A stretch of DNA of 42,709 nt, from positions 1 through 42,709 of the IMG/VR virus record IMGVR_UViG_3300030106_002427; one strand, 5' to 3'. Below are positions 27,601 to 37,955 of the stretch, piece by piece. The notes under the pieces were generated by a model that worked only from the letters and a program-made list of their open reading frames with translations, searched no databases and was not told the DNA's origin. The position numbers and the translations under genes are program-made. Positions within the stretch are counted from its first letter, which is position 1; each line of letters begins with the position of its first letter. This stretch comes from a virus (Duplodnaviria > Caudoviricetes).

Positions 27601-30600
27601 AGAAGTAGTATGGGCTGAAAAGTATGCCCTAAAAGAAGGCGGTAAAACAAAATGAGAAGAATAAGTAGTGCTTAATGCTGTAAAGTTTTCATTAAAGTGA
27701 GTCATAAATTTAGATTCAGTTATTTTATTAGAGGTGAAAGTTAAAGTGGTATTAGAATTAGTAGCAGTAGTATCTACACTTAATGTGAAGCATGTAGCGC
27801 TGTTTATAGAAACAATAGTAGCACCTGCTGGTATTCCAGTACCACTAACGGCTAAACCTACAACAATATTAGCATTAACATCATGAGTAATATGTCTAAC
27901 ACTTGTGGATGAACCATCAGATAATCCCGAAGTATGATTAGTATCACAAGTATTATCTGTAAAACCTCCCGCATCAGTTCCCTCTCCATCTGCAAATACA
28001 GCACTATTTATACTCCCATAAGGAATTTGTTTATACCCTCCAGAATAATGTATGCCGTTAATCATACTTTGTAACATATTAAGGTCATTATCTCCTACTT
28101 CTGTAAATGTATTTTTACCACCTCTACCTTTAGTTCTAAATGTAAAGAATGAATCATGTCTATCTTGATTTGCTAAACTAACCGCTCCATCTCCACAAAC
28201 ATATACATATCCATAATATTTATTTCTAGTTCCATCTGATTTTAAAATAGGATGTCTAGCAACAGTCCCAACTATATCTATAGTGCTACTACTACCACTA
28301 TCATTCATAGAAAAAACCTTACCGAGATAATATCCTTTATCTGTAAATATTTGGTCGCCTACTTCTAATAACCCGCTAGGTGCGGCACTTACTGTTAAAG
28401 TATCATTTCCATCATAAGCAGTTATTAGTAGATTAAGAGCCTTTAGAGGTTGATACCTTGTATATTCAAAATTGGGAGTATTAAGTTTAGACATATCACT
28501 TGGTAATCTCTCAGGGTCTATTAGATTGAAATGCCAATCATAAGTGCAATCTATTAAACGCATCAAACCAAATCTTTTCATTTCGGATGGAAGAATAGAT
28601 GCTTCACTAATAGGTAAGTTTTCGTATTGGTCATCTACTTCTTGTTCATCAGGTAAACTACCTTCATAGTATTCATGTAAAACAGAACTAGATTTTGTAG
28701 CACTTTTACCTTTTAAGAATATATTATAATCTGTAAACTTCCTAGCAATAGCCGTACTATCAACTGTACCAGAATAACCAATGTGATGTTTTCTAGCCAT
28801 AGAATCGGGATACATATCGGATGGAGAGAATATAGACAATCTTAATGTTTTAGGGTCAGGTAATTCCCAATGGTCTTTTGCTCTAGTAATACCGTCAAAC
28901 TTAGGTCCAATAAACGGTTCATATAGAACTGTAATATGTTCAAAACCAGTAGTAGTATCTGCTGAACCTCCCACTCCAGTTTTAGTATCTAATGTTTCAA
29001 CTCCTATCTGAGTGAAAGGCATCTGTGCTACTTCCATTGTATATTTACTACTAGATAAACTTCCTAACTTGAATGTTCTATTGCTGTTTTTATCAGGCCA
29101 TCCACCTAACTTAACCCATCTATTAGCCAAAGTAGTTGTAAAGTTTGCACTATCACTAGCGGCAGGGTCAATAAAAGCCGCATCTGCATCTCCCCCATTC
29201 CATTCTATATCATAATCATGAGCGTTAGAAGCACCGCCAGCCGCAGTAAACTTTTGATAAATTAAACCAATATCTATACTATCAACTATACCTTCTGTAT
29301 CTTCTTGCCAATCACCCCCTCTATGGTTATCGTGAATTCTAGGCATAAATCTAGGGTACAATAAAGTGTTGTAATCAGAATGTTCTGGAGTGGCGATAGT
29401 AGTTCCATGTTTACTAAAGTCGGCAAAGTTACTACCTGTTACTGGTCTAAAATCTCTTGATTCGGGTGAAAGATATTCTAAGAAATATGGATGTTCTCTA
29501 ATTTTATTTGTAGAATCAAATAAGTTTACATTACTATTACTTGCTTCATTAAAATATTCACTATTATAAGTAAAATCATTATTATGATAACCATATGGAT
29601 ATTTAATAACTTTATCAGTTCCATATTTAGCATCTTCAATTCTGTAAGCAGTAGCATAACCATTTATTCTTCCCTTTTCAGATGTATATGCTCCCTTAAC
29701 TTGTCCATCTCTTTTTCTTCTATTTATGTAAGATAATGCTAAACCTTTTTGTAGGCCAAAATATCTCCACTTAGTATTACCATATCTGTATATGTAATCT
29801 GAATATATTGCGTGTCCAGTGGCATTATGACTAATACCGTTAACTGTATCATTAGTGAAATAATGATATATTCCACCATTCCATTTAATAGGTTTACATA
29901 TATTATCTACTGCATTAGGACTTGATAAGTTATTATTAACTAAAGTTAATACACCCCCTTGACTTAATCCTTGTGTATTTAGAAGATATAATCCTTGAGT
30001 AAAGTAGTCTGTTAATACTGTTATTCTTACTGCATCTCCAGCAGAATCATCATCAGGCCCACCTGCTATAGAACCTGATTTAGCCTTTCTCATATAAAGA
30101 ATAACTTCTCTATCTGCTCTATCAGTAAATACATGAGCAATAGAGAAGACCCCATTATTATGTTCATCTGCATGTCCCTCTATCTTTATTCTCATACCTG
30201 CTTCTAGTTTTTCTAAAAAGGCTCTACCTGCTGTAGTTGCAGAGGATATTACATGTGTTCTAAATGCAGTTCCTCCAAAATCAGAAATAGAATCACTATC
30301 GCCATCAAACGCTATATCCACTCCACTATGATAAGTTGGTGGACTAGCAGAAGAAAAATATTTGTAAATACCTTCACCACTATTAACAGCCTTAAATAAA
30401 GGTCTATCTAAAGTAAAACAAGTAGCATCATTAGCAATTCCACCAGTAGAACTAGCGCTAATATCTATAATTCTGCCGAATAAATTACCCTCAGAATCGA
30501 ATATAAAATCTCCCTCTTTTAATTCTTCAATCCATGTAGTGTAAGAAAATATACCATTATGCCCACTCGGTATAGAGTCAGAACCTAAAAGCGTAGTAGC

Positions 30601-33600
30601 ATCTGGAAACTGACCAATATGAACTAAAGTTTTATCCCTTCTATCTAAGGGGTTATCATCTACTCTACCTAAAACTGCTGGACAAATTGGTGCGACTTCT
30701 ATAACAGTTCCTTCTTCCTTAGAAGAAACACTAACAATATCATAATCAGTTAATGAATTAACGGTGTGTAAGTTTACATAATCTATATTGTTACTCTTTG
30801 TAACTTCGTCTGCTAAATGACAATAAAAGGGTAAATCAAAATCTATTCCATTAGGAGCATGTATATTATATCCTTTCGCTAAAGGATGAGAACTACTAGA
30901 AGAACCTATTAAACTATTACCTTCTAAAACTGGGGCTTTCTTAACACTATTAATTAGAGCATTTCCTCCATTGAAAATTATACCTTTATTACCTGTGCCA
31001 CTTAATGAGTTAACTCTTATAGTTGAATAAGGATTTGCGCTCATGGCTTTAGCAAAACTAACTATATTCCCTCTTATATTTTGTTTTGCAATTTGACTAG
31101 TATCGGCATTAGTATCAACTAAATAACTTGGTATAACATCCTCTAATAATCCTGAAAATTGACTACTAATCATAATGGGTTCATTATCTTTTAATCTAGT
31201 CGGTATTCCCTCTTCTAAATCATAAGTATTGCTAGAAGGAACATTATAAATTCTACCAATATAAGTTCCTAAAGAAGTAAACAATAAATCTCCTACAGCC
31301 GCATCAATTAAAGCATTACTATCTTTAGCCAATATAATTTGAGTTGTCCCTACTTCATAAACTCCACTACTATCACCGTGGTTTATACTACCATAAAGAG
31401 CCATCCTTTCTATTGGTCCAATCGTTGAATAAACTATATCTTCTGTAAATTTAAAGTTTTTATTTACTATTGGTCCTAATAATTCAGAACTAGAATCTCT
31501 CCCTCTTATTTTTAGTTTAAACGCTCCATCCTCTATTAGTTGCTCCACACTTTCTATAGTACCAGTAAAAACATTACGCTCTATATCTAAATTACCTCTA
31601 AAATAATCTATATAAGATGTTACACCCCTTACATGTGAAGAAGCCGCACTAGAAGGTGAACGTGCTAAATCGTATCTAAACCTAGAGCCAGTTCCTTCAG
31701 GGTCATCTCCACTATTTATTGGATAACCATACAAAGAGACATTAGATAATCCGTCTGCATAAGGTAAATAATCTGTTTTATTATAAGATTCTAAAAACCT
31801 TTCATCTTTTAAATGAGTTTTTAATTTAACAAAATTGTTGTTTTTATCTCCGTATTCTACTTTAATTCTATGCCCTGAAATATTACTACCTTTAAACACT
31901 AAATTAATATCATTCATTCTACTAAAGTTTACTTTCTCTAAAGCGGTTTCTCCAAATTTTAAAGATGCTCCAGCGGTTTCAAATAAATTTTTAAAGTTAG
32001 TTACATTTCTATTTGTCGGTTGAGCAGAAGCCCCATCATAATCTAAATCGTAATTAGATATATCAGTATCAATGTCTAAATTAGTCAATAAATTATCTGC
32101 CAAAAAAGAATACTTTCTTCTGAAACCATCTGTGTTAAAATTGGGAACAGAACCAGCAACTAAAGTTGTAGTATTATATTCAGTATCAGTTTCCTTTCTC
32201 CACAATCTAACTGCAAATTCTTGAGAGTTAGAACTGACATTGCTTATTTTATCTGGAACAATATGATATAGAACATTATCTACATCAACAGTAAATGACT
32301 CAAATAATGGGTCTAAACGGCTAGTAGTATCTGTGCTAGTTTTAGGAATAGAACTTTCTAACACGAATCTTAAATCTTGATTATTTTCTAAATTTATAAT
32401 ATCAATAGTTGTCCCACCGTTATAGTCAAAAGTTCCTATTGGAAAGTCCCTAGATACATCAAATTCTTCATCCTTAATTGTTCTATGAATAGATATTTTA
32501 TCTCCTTCTTTAAACTTTTTAGCAAGTATTTTTTGTATATCTATTAGAGTAATATCTACATATCCACCACTAGTAGTTACAGATTCAAATAAATCTATAT
32601 TTATAATGTTAGGCATTATGCAATTTGTTAATGGTGATTTAGTATAGTGCATATATCTTGTTTGTCCTATTGCGTGACCATAATAATAACCGTCATCATC
32701 TTTAGGTCTATGTGCCATCCTAAAGGCATCTTTCATTTTAAAGAATCCACCTGAAGTTGAACCGTAATGAGATGAACTAAAAACACAATACATCTTATTG
32801 TGGTCTAAATCTACAGCGTGTCCAGTAAAATATAATCCCAATTCATTAGATGTAGATGCTCCAGAAAAATCACTGGCCGCCATAGTTAAAGTTGTTGCTG
32901 TTGAACTATTGCCTTCTACTATGTGAAAAGATTCAATTGCGGCATCTGCGTCAGTGTCTAGTGCAAATCTTGAATCTTTTAATATACCTTGTAACCCCCA
33001 GTTAGTAGTTGAACCATCTAAATCTGTAATAGAATTATCAAAACTAGCATCAGCACTAACTGTAACCGTATCAGGACTACCATTAGTTAAAGCCAAATTA
33101 TCGGATGTGTATTGTAAAGTATCTACAGCAACAGGGTCATCTGCTTTGTACATCATATCTACAACTGTTGCCTCCATAGTAAAGGGGCCGTAATCTATAA
33201 CGTCAGTTCCGTATTCAGGAGCAGTAACAAAAACGCTGTAAGTATAACTAGTAGAAATACCTGTAGAATAAGTTGCTCTTAATACATATCGTGTTGAGTG
33301 TTCTAATCTATCTTTATCATTTAAAAAGTAAAAGAAAGGACGTGAAACATGAGTGTTAGCATGATGTCTAGTATTATCTTGAGTACCTTGTAATCCATAA
33401 GCACATGCCACTAAAGTTTGATTATCAGAATCAATTTTAGGTAAATTAGAATCTAAAGAAGAAAAAATAGCATATTTAGTATCTTTAGGTATATCCCCCT
33501 TTATAGCAGGTTCAAATTGTATTCCATCACCTAAAACTTCATTTTCTAATAAGTTAGTTATTTTAGCAAAATGGTGGGTATTAGGGTCATCTGCAAAAAC

Positions 33601-34722
33601 TAAAACCCATAAGTGGTCTATATTATCTTTAATAAATACAGGAGTTTCATCAGCATAACTAGATTCAGGTATATCTGTTCCTTCAAAACCTCTTACAACA
33701 TTTGCTACTAAAGTACCAGAATTAAAAGCAGTAACTAACATATGTTCATTACCAACTATTAACACTTGTCCCACTGTTGGGTCAGTACCCCCTTGTAAAG
33801 TTATAGTTGTAGCAGTAGAAGTTACTGCTCCATCTAAAGTGCCACCATCTGTAATAAATCTTTGACCGCTATCTCTGTCTACATCATAGGTTTTAATTGC
33901 ATTACCTCTAGTAGTTTCTAAGTTAGATAAGTATTCATTAACAGATGTTATTCCCGTATTATTATTAGGATATATTCTGTTAACAGCATTGTATGTTTGT
34001 TTAGTGAATGTAAGTTCAGTTGCCCCACTTCCAGTTGCACTAGCAGATAAAACAAAAGTGGTTGTATTAGTTACCGAAGTAACCGTTGTTCCGTCAGGTA
34101 TATTAGTTCCAGTAACAGACATTCCAGCAAATACCCCAGTAGTATCTCCACTATTTGCAGTAGTGTTACTATTTAGAGTAAAGGTCGCTTTAACTTGATA
34201 AGCCTGATTAATACCAGCAGTAGCGTGAGTTAATACATCATTATCCGCTTTATGAATTTCATAACTATTAATTGTTTGAAATCTAACTTTAAGGTCTTCA
34301 TTATTTCCTAAAGCAACAAGGTTATTTTCTTCTAAAGTTATAACAGTTGCAGTTAAAGATTTAATTGTGCCAACTAAAGCATTAGTATCATCATAAACAA
34401 AATCTCCTACTTTAAATTTAGTAGTAGCATCAACTGTATCCACTACTATAGTTTTAGTGGTATTAGCACTAATAACAGCAGTAGTTAAAACACCTGTATC
34501 ATAAAAACCACCAGAGACAGTAAAATCAGCAAAGTCTTCACTAATATTTCCTCTTAACAATAAAGGGTTTACAGGGACTTTATACAGTGCCTTAGATAAA
34601 AAATTACCAGAATAATCGGCACTAGTTATAGTGGTATCTATAGGTGTAGACCCTAATGCTTGTTCTGTTTGACCTTTACGCATAGCGTAAATATTTGCAT
34701 TAGCATAGCCAGTTATATTCAT
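24688..34722 (-). CDS. Giant baseplate hub/Tal-like tail-tip protein, 3344 aa, with repeated small beta modules
   Basis: Hub-like segments FTGTIESV...KIRGRD and NEIIVYG...SIDKFG...IKAGDLVTL; repeated GxGIPxG and VGDxxFxxxGxxxG modules; downstream of tape measure and distal tail genes. Confidence 0.7.
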   Translation of the reverse strand: MNITGYANANIYAMRKGQTEQALGSTPIDTTITSADYSGNFLSKALYKVPVNPLLLRGNISEDFADFTVSGGFYDTGVLTTAVISANTTKTIVVDTVDATTKFKVGDFVYDDTNALVGTIKSLTATVITLEENNLVALGNNEDLKVRFQTINSYEIHKADNDVLTHATAGINQAYQVKATFTLNSNTTANSGDTTGVFAGMSVTGTNIPDGTTVTSVTNTTTFVLSASATGSGATELTFTKQTYNAVNRIYPNNNTGITSVNEYLSNLETTRGNAIKTYDVDRDSGQRFITDGGTLDGAVTSTATTITLQGGTDPTVGQVLIVGNEHMLVTAFNSGTLVANVVRGFEGTDIPESSYADETPVFIKDNIDHLWVLVFADDPNTHHFAKITNLLENEVLGDGIQFEPAIKGDIPKDTKYAIFSSLDSNLPKIDSDNQTLVACAYGLQGTQDNTRHHANTHVSRPFFYFLNDKDRLEHSTRYVLRATYSTGISTSYTYSVFVTAPEYGTDVIDYGPFTMEATVVDMMYKADDPVAVDTLQYTSDNLALTNGSPDTVTVSADASFDNSITDLDGSTTNWGLQGILKDSRFALDTDADAAIESFHIVEGNSSTATTLTMAASDFSGASTSNELGLYFTGHAVDLDHNKMYCVFSSSHYGSTSGGFFKMKDAFRMAHRPKDDDGYYYGHAIGQTRYMHYTKSPLTNCIMPNIINIDLFESVTTSGGYVDITLIDIQKILAKKFKEGDKISIHRTIKDEEFDVSRDFPIGTFDYNGGTTIDIINLENNQDLRFVLESSIPKTSTDTTSRLDPLFESFTVDVDNVLYHIVPDKISNVSSNSQEFAVRLWRKETDTEYNTTTLVAGSVPNFNTDGFRRKYSFLADNLLTNLDIDTDISNYDLDYDGASAQPTNRNVTNFKNLFETAGASLKFGETALEKVNFSRMNDINLVFKGSNISGHRIKVEYGDKNNNFVKLKTHLKDERFLESYNKTDYLPYADGLSNVSLYGYPINSGDDPEGTGSRFRYDLARSPSSAASSHVRGVTSYIDYFRGNLDIERNVFTGTIESVEQLIEDGAFKLKIRGRDSSSELLGPIVNKNFKFTEDIVYSTIGPIERMALYGSINHGDSSGVYEVGTTQIILAKDSNALIDAAVGDLLFTSLGTYIGRIYNVPSSNTYDLEEGIPTRLKDNEPIMISSQFSGLLEDVIPSYLVDTNADTSQIAKQNIRGNIVSFAKAMSANPYSTIRVNSLSGTGNKGIIFNGGNALINSVKKAPVLEGNSLIGSSSSSHPLAKGYNIHAPNGIDFDLPFYCHLADEVTKSNNIDYVNLHTVNSLTDYDIVSVSSKEEGTVIEVAPICPAVLGRVDDNPLDRRDKTLVHIGQFPDATTLLGSDSIPSGHNGIFSYTTWIEELKEGDFIFDSEGNLFGRIIDISASSTGGIANDATCFTLDRPLFKAVNSGEGIYKYFSSASPPTYHSGVDIAFDGDSDSISDFGGTAFRTHVISSATTAGRAFLEKLEAGMRIKIEGHADEHNNGVFSIAHVFTDRADREVILYMRKAKSGSIAGGPDDDSAGDAVRITVLTDYFTQGLYLLNTQGLSQGGVLTLVNNNLSSPNAVDNICKPIKWNGGIYHYFTNDTVNGISHNATGHAIYSDYIYRYGNTKWRYFGLQKGLALSYINRRKRDGQVKGAYTSEKGRINGYATAYRIEDAKYGTDKVIKYPYGYHNNDFTYNSEYFNEASNSNVNLFDSTNKIREHPYFLEYLSPESRDFRPVTGSNFADFSKHGTTIATPEHSDYNTLLYPRFMPRIHDNHRGGDWQEDTEGIVDSIDIGLIYQKFTAAGGASNAHDYDIEWNGGDADAAFIDPAASDSANFTTTLANRWVKLGGWPDKNSNRTFKLGSLSSSKYTMEVAQMPFTQIGVETLDTKTGVGGSADTTTGFEHITVLYEPFIGPKFDGITRAKDHWELPDPKTLRLSIFSPSDMYPDSMARKHHIGYSGTVDSTAIARKFTDYNIFLKGKSATKSSSVLHEYYEGSLPDEQEVDDQYENLPISEASILPSEMKRFGLMRLIDCTYDWHFNLIDPERLPSDMSKLNTPNFEYTRYQPLKALNLLITAYDGNDTLTVSAAPSGLLEVGDQIFTDKGYYLGKVFSMNDSGSSSTIDIVGTVARHPILKSDGTRNKYYGYVYVCGDGAVSLANQDRHDSFFTFRTKGRGGKNTFTEVGDNDLNMLQSMINGIHYSGGYKQIPYGSINSAVFADGEGTDAGGFTDNTCDTNHTSGLSDGSSTSVRHITHDVNANIVVGLAVSGTGIPAGATIVSINSATCFTLSVDTTATNSNTTLTFTSNKITESKFMTHFNENFTALSTTYSSHFVLPPSFRAYFSAHTTSSNSAESGRTVNAMQARGYLVNRADNTIQNPIATEYTHASNVLEWIQAGGNPYRNCDVVALGRYNIEQSITNIPLGGKFKINDNVDAEGFPFAKPAVFIVGSCDYNNSTTIDTHSGAVGGTITEGQGVMGDGIPEGAYVVTVTDSNTFEISVSTTGGAKTNDLFLTNGPLSDIAYGNSKGGITDSDLANANSGEYTFITAGTHASYPYAKLRSDTKTETFYEDPDGTSYVADGVYATFVPHLQLGDYNGDLTNGGLAVTKIGVNSINSINGSNSKEGWLRIINGTNNAFLNFVDLTGMYLVGNLGTAIDTQPTLVDHLPFKNGGSVHVNNDTLPNAKGIIDASGGAITSMADTMVDPKHILFVKEHRREITGNVVAHELLIDNLPIDNTGNLSFFNDYRVMRPAETCIWPESPNELNLYCLSAQTTKEPQSPSMYGFIPPLNRLNNKGEFTGGELSSIHNIDLRTSGEQGENEAIMSMYMAIDMDSRHSQQQTLTGTISNMDVGNTTLTGSSTKFTDELKEGDVILLDHQRCYVKSIISDTSLVIAGKFGNDADLSSGNITLLNNTFTVLRDYIHLFNPTGNRNTFKSGSSFNMLLTDGVSKQKMSIGVEADYYDDRALCRLTLSDNASQPMYGIVSFGEIFSLKSPLVTRVNEPTTLKIGSTIVIGEEVEDVVNNLLSEEDINYEIRDNKEYPYFISPNYQGVDIFSAATFAAKYKEKELRIDETGISLTKERTTLDSQPIDLSYSSPNVNITGVTRNKSTFDLYNEIIVYGSGVKSIKRNRKSIDKFGKKTLEDVNMELVSQDDVDSRAKSLLSAHSDGEDRFTIKMSNKGIDFIKAGDLVTLDFPQEGIVKGQYKIYEIKRDTQNLVELEVGTYRKDLANRFAELSIQNKSNSASIRGSQFGATTAPLDFFDSIKLKELRLVIKKISLADSDAFTLGFQTLTTRKLDFGDTMGPLETVTTIITDEDFT

Positions 34723-37130
34723 GAATCCTCACCTTCAAATCTAAAATAAAGTAATGTGTTTCTAAAATTAGGAAGTAAAGTATCTAAACTTTGAAAAGTA
34801 GTTTTAACATCTTTAGTAATAGAAAACTCATGTATCTCTCCCATAAACTGTGAAGCCCTTCTTGTTTCTAAAGTATCATTACCGTTAGAACCTAAAAAGC
34901 AATCACTTTGGTCAAATTCAAACTCTATAAAATTTAATGAAGTTCTTATAGTTACATCCTTTAATGTTCCAGCAGTAGTTGTAGCAGAAGCAACAGCACT
35001 TTGAGTTGTTATTGTAAATGAACTGGTTCCAACGGTTTGACTAGGTAATTGAAAAACCCCATCTAAATTAGTAACTCCTGTTCCGTCAATACTTATCCAA
35101 TCTCCAACTGATAAACCATGTGCGTCTATTGTATTGATAGTTACTGTTGTGCTACCATCACCAACTATATTGTGTATTCTCAAATCACCCTCGCTAAAAA
35201 TAGAAGTTTCTACTACATCTCCGTCTATAACTAAGTTAACTCTGTTTGCTAAACTATCATAAGACATACCTAAATAAAACGGTCTTAAAACATAAGATGC
35301 TTCTTTCCAACATTCTGCTATTAAATGACCGCCGTAGTTATCACTGTTACTAATACTATTACCACTTCCATCTATTAACCTAACACCATCAAATAAATCA
35401 CTTGGTAATATCTTATACAAAGTTCTTGAAAAATTATATTCCTCTAGTGGGTCTATGTAATAATCGGTAGGAGTAGAATCACCTCCACCAAAACCATCTA
35501 TCTTACTAGTTCTTGCTGTGCCACCATCTTGATTTCTAGCAACTGTAATAGCATTACCACTAATAGCACCAATAGTTATTACTTCATCAAAAAATCTTAA
35601 GGAATCCCCAACAGATAAATCTCTTGCATCATCAACATAAAAGATAGTTTCTGTTGTTGTTCTTACAGGTTTAGTTAATCTACAGGCCGCCATATAAATA
35701 TAAACAACTTTATTACCACTACTATGAGCATATAAAGAATCAATATATCCTAAAGAAATAGGTTCTTTTTGTTGTAAAGAAGTTGAGAAAGTTTTACTAG
35801 AATTAATTTGTCCATAAAGTTTTCTTCCTCTCCAAACTCTATCAACCATATCTAAAGCAGAAGTACTATCTGCGTTATAATTTGTACTACCATCAGCAAA
35901 GGATAAAACTCCATGTGTGCTAGTTGCTCTTGTTGTGTAATAAACTTTTAATGCTCCAGAGTTATGAGTTTCATCTGTTAATAAATTATTACCAGTATTG
36001 GCTCCTCCAGCCGCTACCCAGTTTGTAGTTTCTAAAGTTAATGTTCCTCCACTTTGTCCTCTAACTCTAAAGTAACCATCATTATTGTCAGAACCTACAA
36101 CTTTGATATATCTCATACTGGCGGTCCAACTACCACTAGCCCTCGATATAGTATTATTAGTAGCACTAAAAGTCACAACATTAGAACTTACATCAGCAAT
36201 GGTATCTACCCCATTAAATAATCTTTCAAAGTATATCTGATTAGCACTAGAGTCTACCATTTTATGATATTTTACTCTATCCTCTCTACCTAGATAAATG
36301 GGCTTTCCAAACACACTATCAATTAATGCTGGCTGGTCAACAGTTACACCATAATATTCTTTATCAGCAGTTATAACTGGATTATTACTTTCAATAGTTA
36401 CAGTTCTAGTAATGCCGTTTGGGTCTTTCCCTTTTATAGTACAACCAATTTTATATTCAGCAGGTTGATTCATATTTGTTCTTGTCATATTTTTTAAATA
36501 GAATTCACAATTAGGATTATAAAATAATGACATTTTGTGATTCTTACGATTGTCTGTATAAATAGGAGCATTAACATCGTGAGTTGTAGCAGTAGTTCCA
36601 TCAAAACCTCTAGCAACTGTTACTTGGTATCCATTACCAAAATTTCTTGCAGTAGAAACTATTCTCATTTTTTCATTATCTATACGAATATAATCTCCAC
36701 CATCTAAGTCTTCTAATCTACTAACATCAATTACAGTTTCAGAACTATCTAATGCTTCTGCTAAATACCCTACATGCATATGTGAAAAATAAGCCTTTGA
36801 CCTAGAAGAAGCCGCATTAGATTCATTTCCAACCGCTGAGAAGTATTTATCATTAAAAGGTAATTCCAAAACATTTGGGTCAGCATTTATATTTGAACTT
36901 GCATCACCAGCACCAGTTTCGTAATCCCCACCTAATAACCAAGCAAAACCATTTACATCATAAGGGGTTACAATAGTTTCTATCATAAAAGAATCTTTAT
37001 GGCCCCATAACCCGTAAGGTTCTTCAGAGTCAGTTGGAATATGTTTGCTATAATCTAAGTGAACATAACCATCTCCCATTATTGGGAATACTAATGATTT
37101 TTTATTTTCACTATAAACTCTATAACTCAT
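34719..37130 (-). CDS. Tail-tip structural protein with dispersed LamG/concanavalin A-like fold
   Basis: SFMIETIVTP, FYLGMSYD...VNLVIDG, FLGS...FMGEIHEFSI...LLYFRFE; inserted VxRGxDGT modules. Confidence 0.6.
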   Translation of the reverse strand: MSYRVYSENKKSLVFPIMGDGYVHLDYSKHIPTDSEEPYGLWGHKDSFMIETIVTPYDVNGFAWLLGGDYETGAGDASSNINADPNVLELPFNDKYFSAVGNESNAASSRSKAYFSHMHVGYLAEALDSSETVIDVSRLEDLDGGDYIRIDNEKMRIVSTARNFGNGYQVTVARGFDGTTATTHDVNAPIYTDNRKNHKMSLFYNPNCEFYLKNMTRTNMNQPAEYKIGCTIKGKDPNGITRTVTIESNNPVITADKEYYGVTVDQPALIDSVFGKPIYLGREDRVKYHKMVDSSANQIYFERLFNGVDTIADVSSNVVTFSATNNTISRASGSWTASMRYIKVVGSDNNDGYFRVRGQSGGTLTLETTNWVAAGGANTGNNLLTDETHNSGALKVYYTTRATSTHGVLSFADGSTNYNADSTSALDMVDRVWRGRKLYGQINSSKTFSTSLQQKEPISLGYIDSLYAHSSGNKVVYIYMAACRLTKPVRTTTETIFYVDDARDLSVGDSLRFFDEVITIGAISGNAITVARNQDGGTARTSKIDGFGGGDSTPTDYYIDPLEEYNFSRTLYKILPSDLFDGVRLIDGSGNSISNSDNYGGHLIAECWKEASYVLRPFYLGMSYDSLANRVNLVIDGDVVETSIFSEGDLRIHNIVGDGSTTVTINTIDAHGLSVGDWISIDGTGVTNLDGVFQLPSQTVGTSSFTITTQSAVASATTTAGTLKDVTIRTSLNFIEFEFDQSDCFLGSNGNDTLETRRASQFMGEIHEFSITKDVKTTFQSLDTLLPNFRNTLLYFRFEGEDS

Positions 37131-37954
37131 ACTATCCCTCTTGCTACCTCAAATGACATACTAAATTCTACATAGGGCTGACCACCAACAAATGTAGTAT
37201 CGAAGGAACGAATAAAACCAGCAATCGCTTCAAGTTTATTGTGTTTAGTGGTATCGCCTAAAGGCTTTGGAAAGGGACTACCCCCAAAACTACCAAATGC
37301 ATCTAAACTAAAACCATCTCCACTTCTAACTCCATAGTTAAAAGGAACTAAGGGACATTTTTCAACAGGTGTATTCTTACCGATTGCATTCCCATCTACA
37401 TCTGTAACATCATTACCAGCCGCATCTTTATCATGATAGATGAAATCATTTCCTACTCTCGAAGGTATAAAAATAATTAAGTTGTTAAGATTTTGTTGAA
37501 CTTGAGCAAAAGAAGAATCAACATAAGAATGTATTAGTTGACATATTTCTTGCGCTGTCATTTTTACAATTACGTGTTTGCCATCCACATCTGTATAGGT
37601 TCTATCTGCTACACCAACATCCACTGTAGTATCAACTTTTTCTTTTGGTAAATCATCCGCTTTAAATTGTTTAGAAATTTGTTGTTCTGTTATAATACCA
37701 CTAAGAGAAATAGTTTTACTGGATATTCCTAAATCAATAGGTTGAGTATTTGCTTCACCAGTAAAGATACCACTAAGAGGAATAGGCATTGCCAAAACAT
37801 CTTTAGTTGTAGATATTGCTACCGTTTCGCATTTTAATGCTATCCTGTTAGTATCAAAGTTTTTCATAGTAGTTGTATCTGTTCTATCTGTTATAGGACT
37901 TCTTGAACTTAAATCAAGAAATACAAAATGCCCGTCATAATCTGTCGTTACCAT
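37127..37954 (-). CDS. Distal tail (Dit-like) protein
   Basis: Directly follows tape measure; IDLGISSKTISLSGII and C-terminal FSMSFEV pattern. Confidence 0.5.
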   Translation of the reverse strand: MVTTDYDGHFVFLDLSSRSPITDRTDTTTMKNFDTNRIALKCETVAISTTKDVLAMPIPLSGIFTGEANTQPIDLGISSKTISLSGIITEQQISKQFKADDLPKEKVDTTVDVGVADRTYTDVDGKHVIVKMTAQEICQLIHSYVDSSFAQVQQNLNNLIIFIPSRVGNDFIYHDKDAAGNDVTDVDGNAIGKNTPVEKCPLVPFNYGVRSGDGFSLDAFGSFGGSPFPKPLGDTTKHNKLEAIAGFIRSFDTTFVGGQPYVEFSMSFEVARGIV

Positions 37955-37955
37955 T

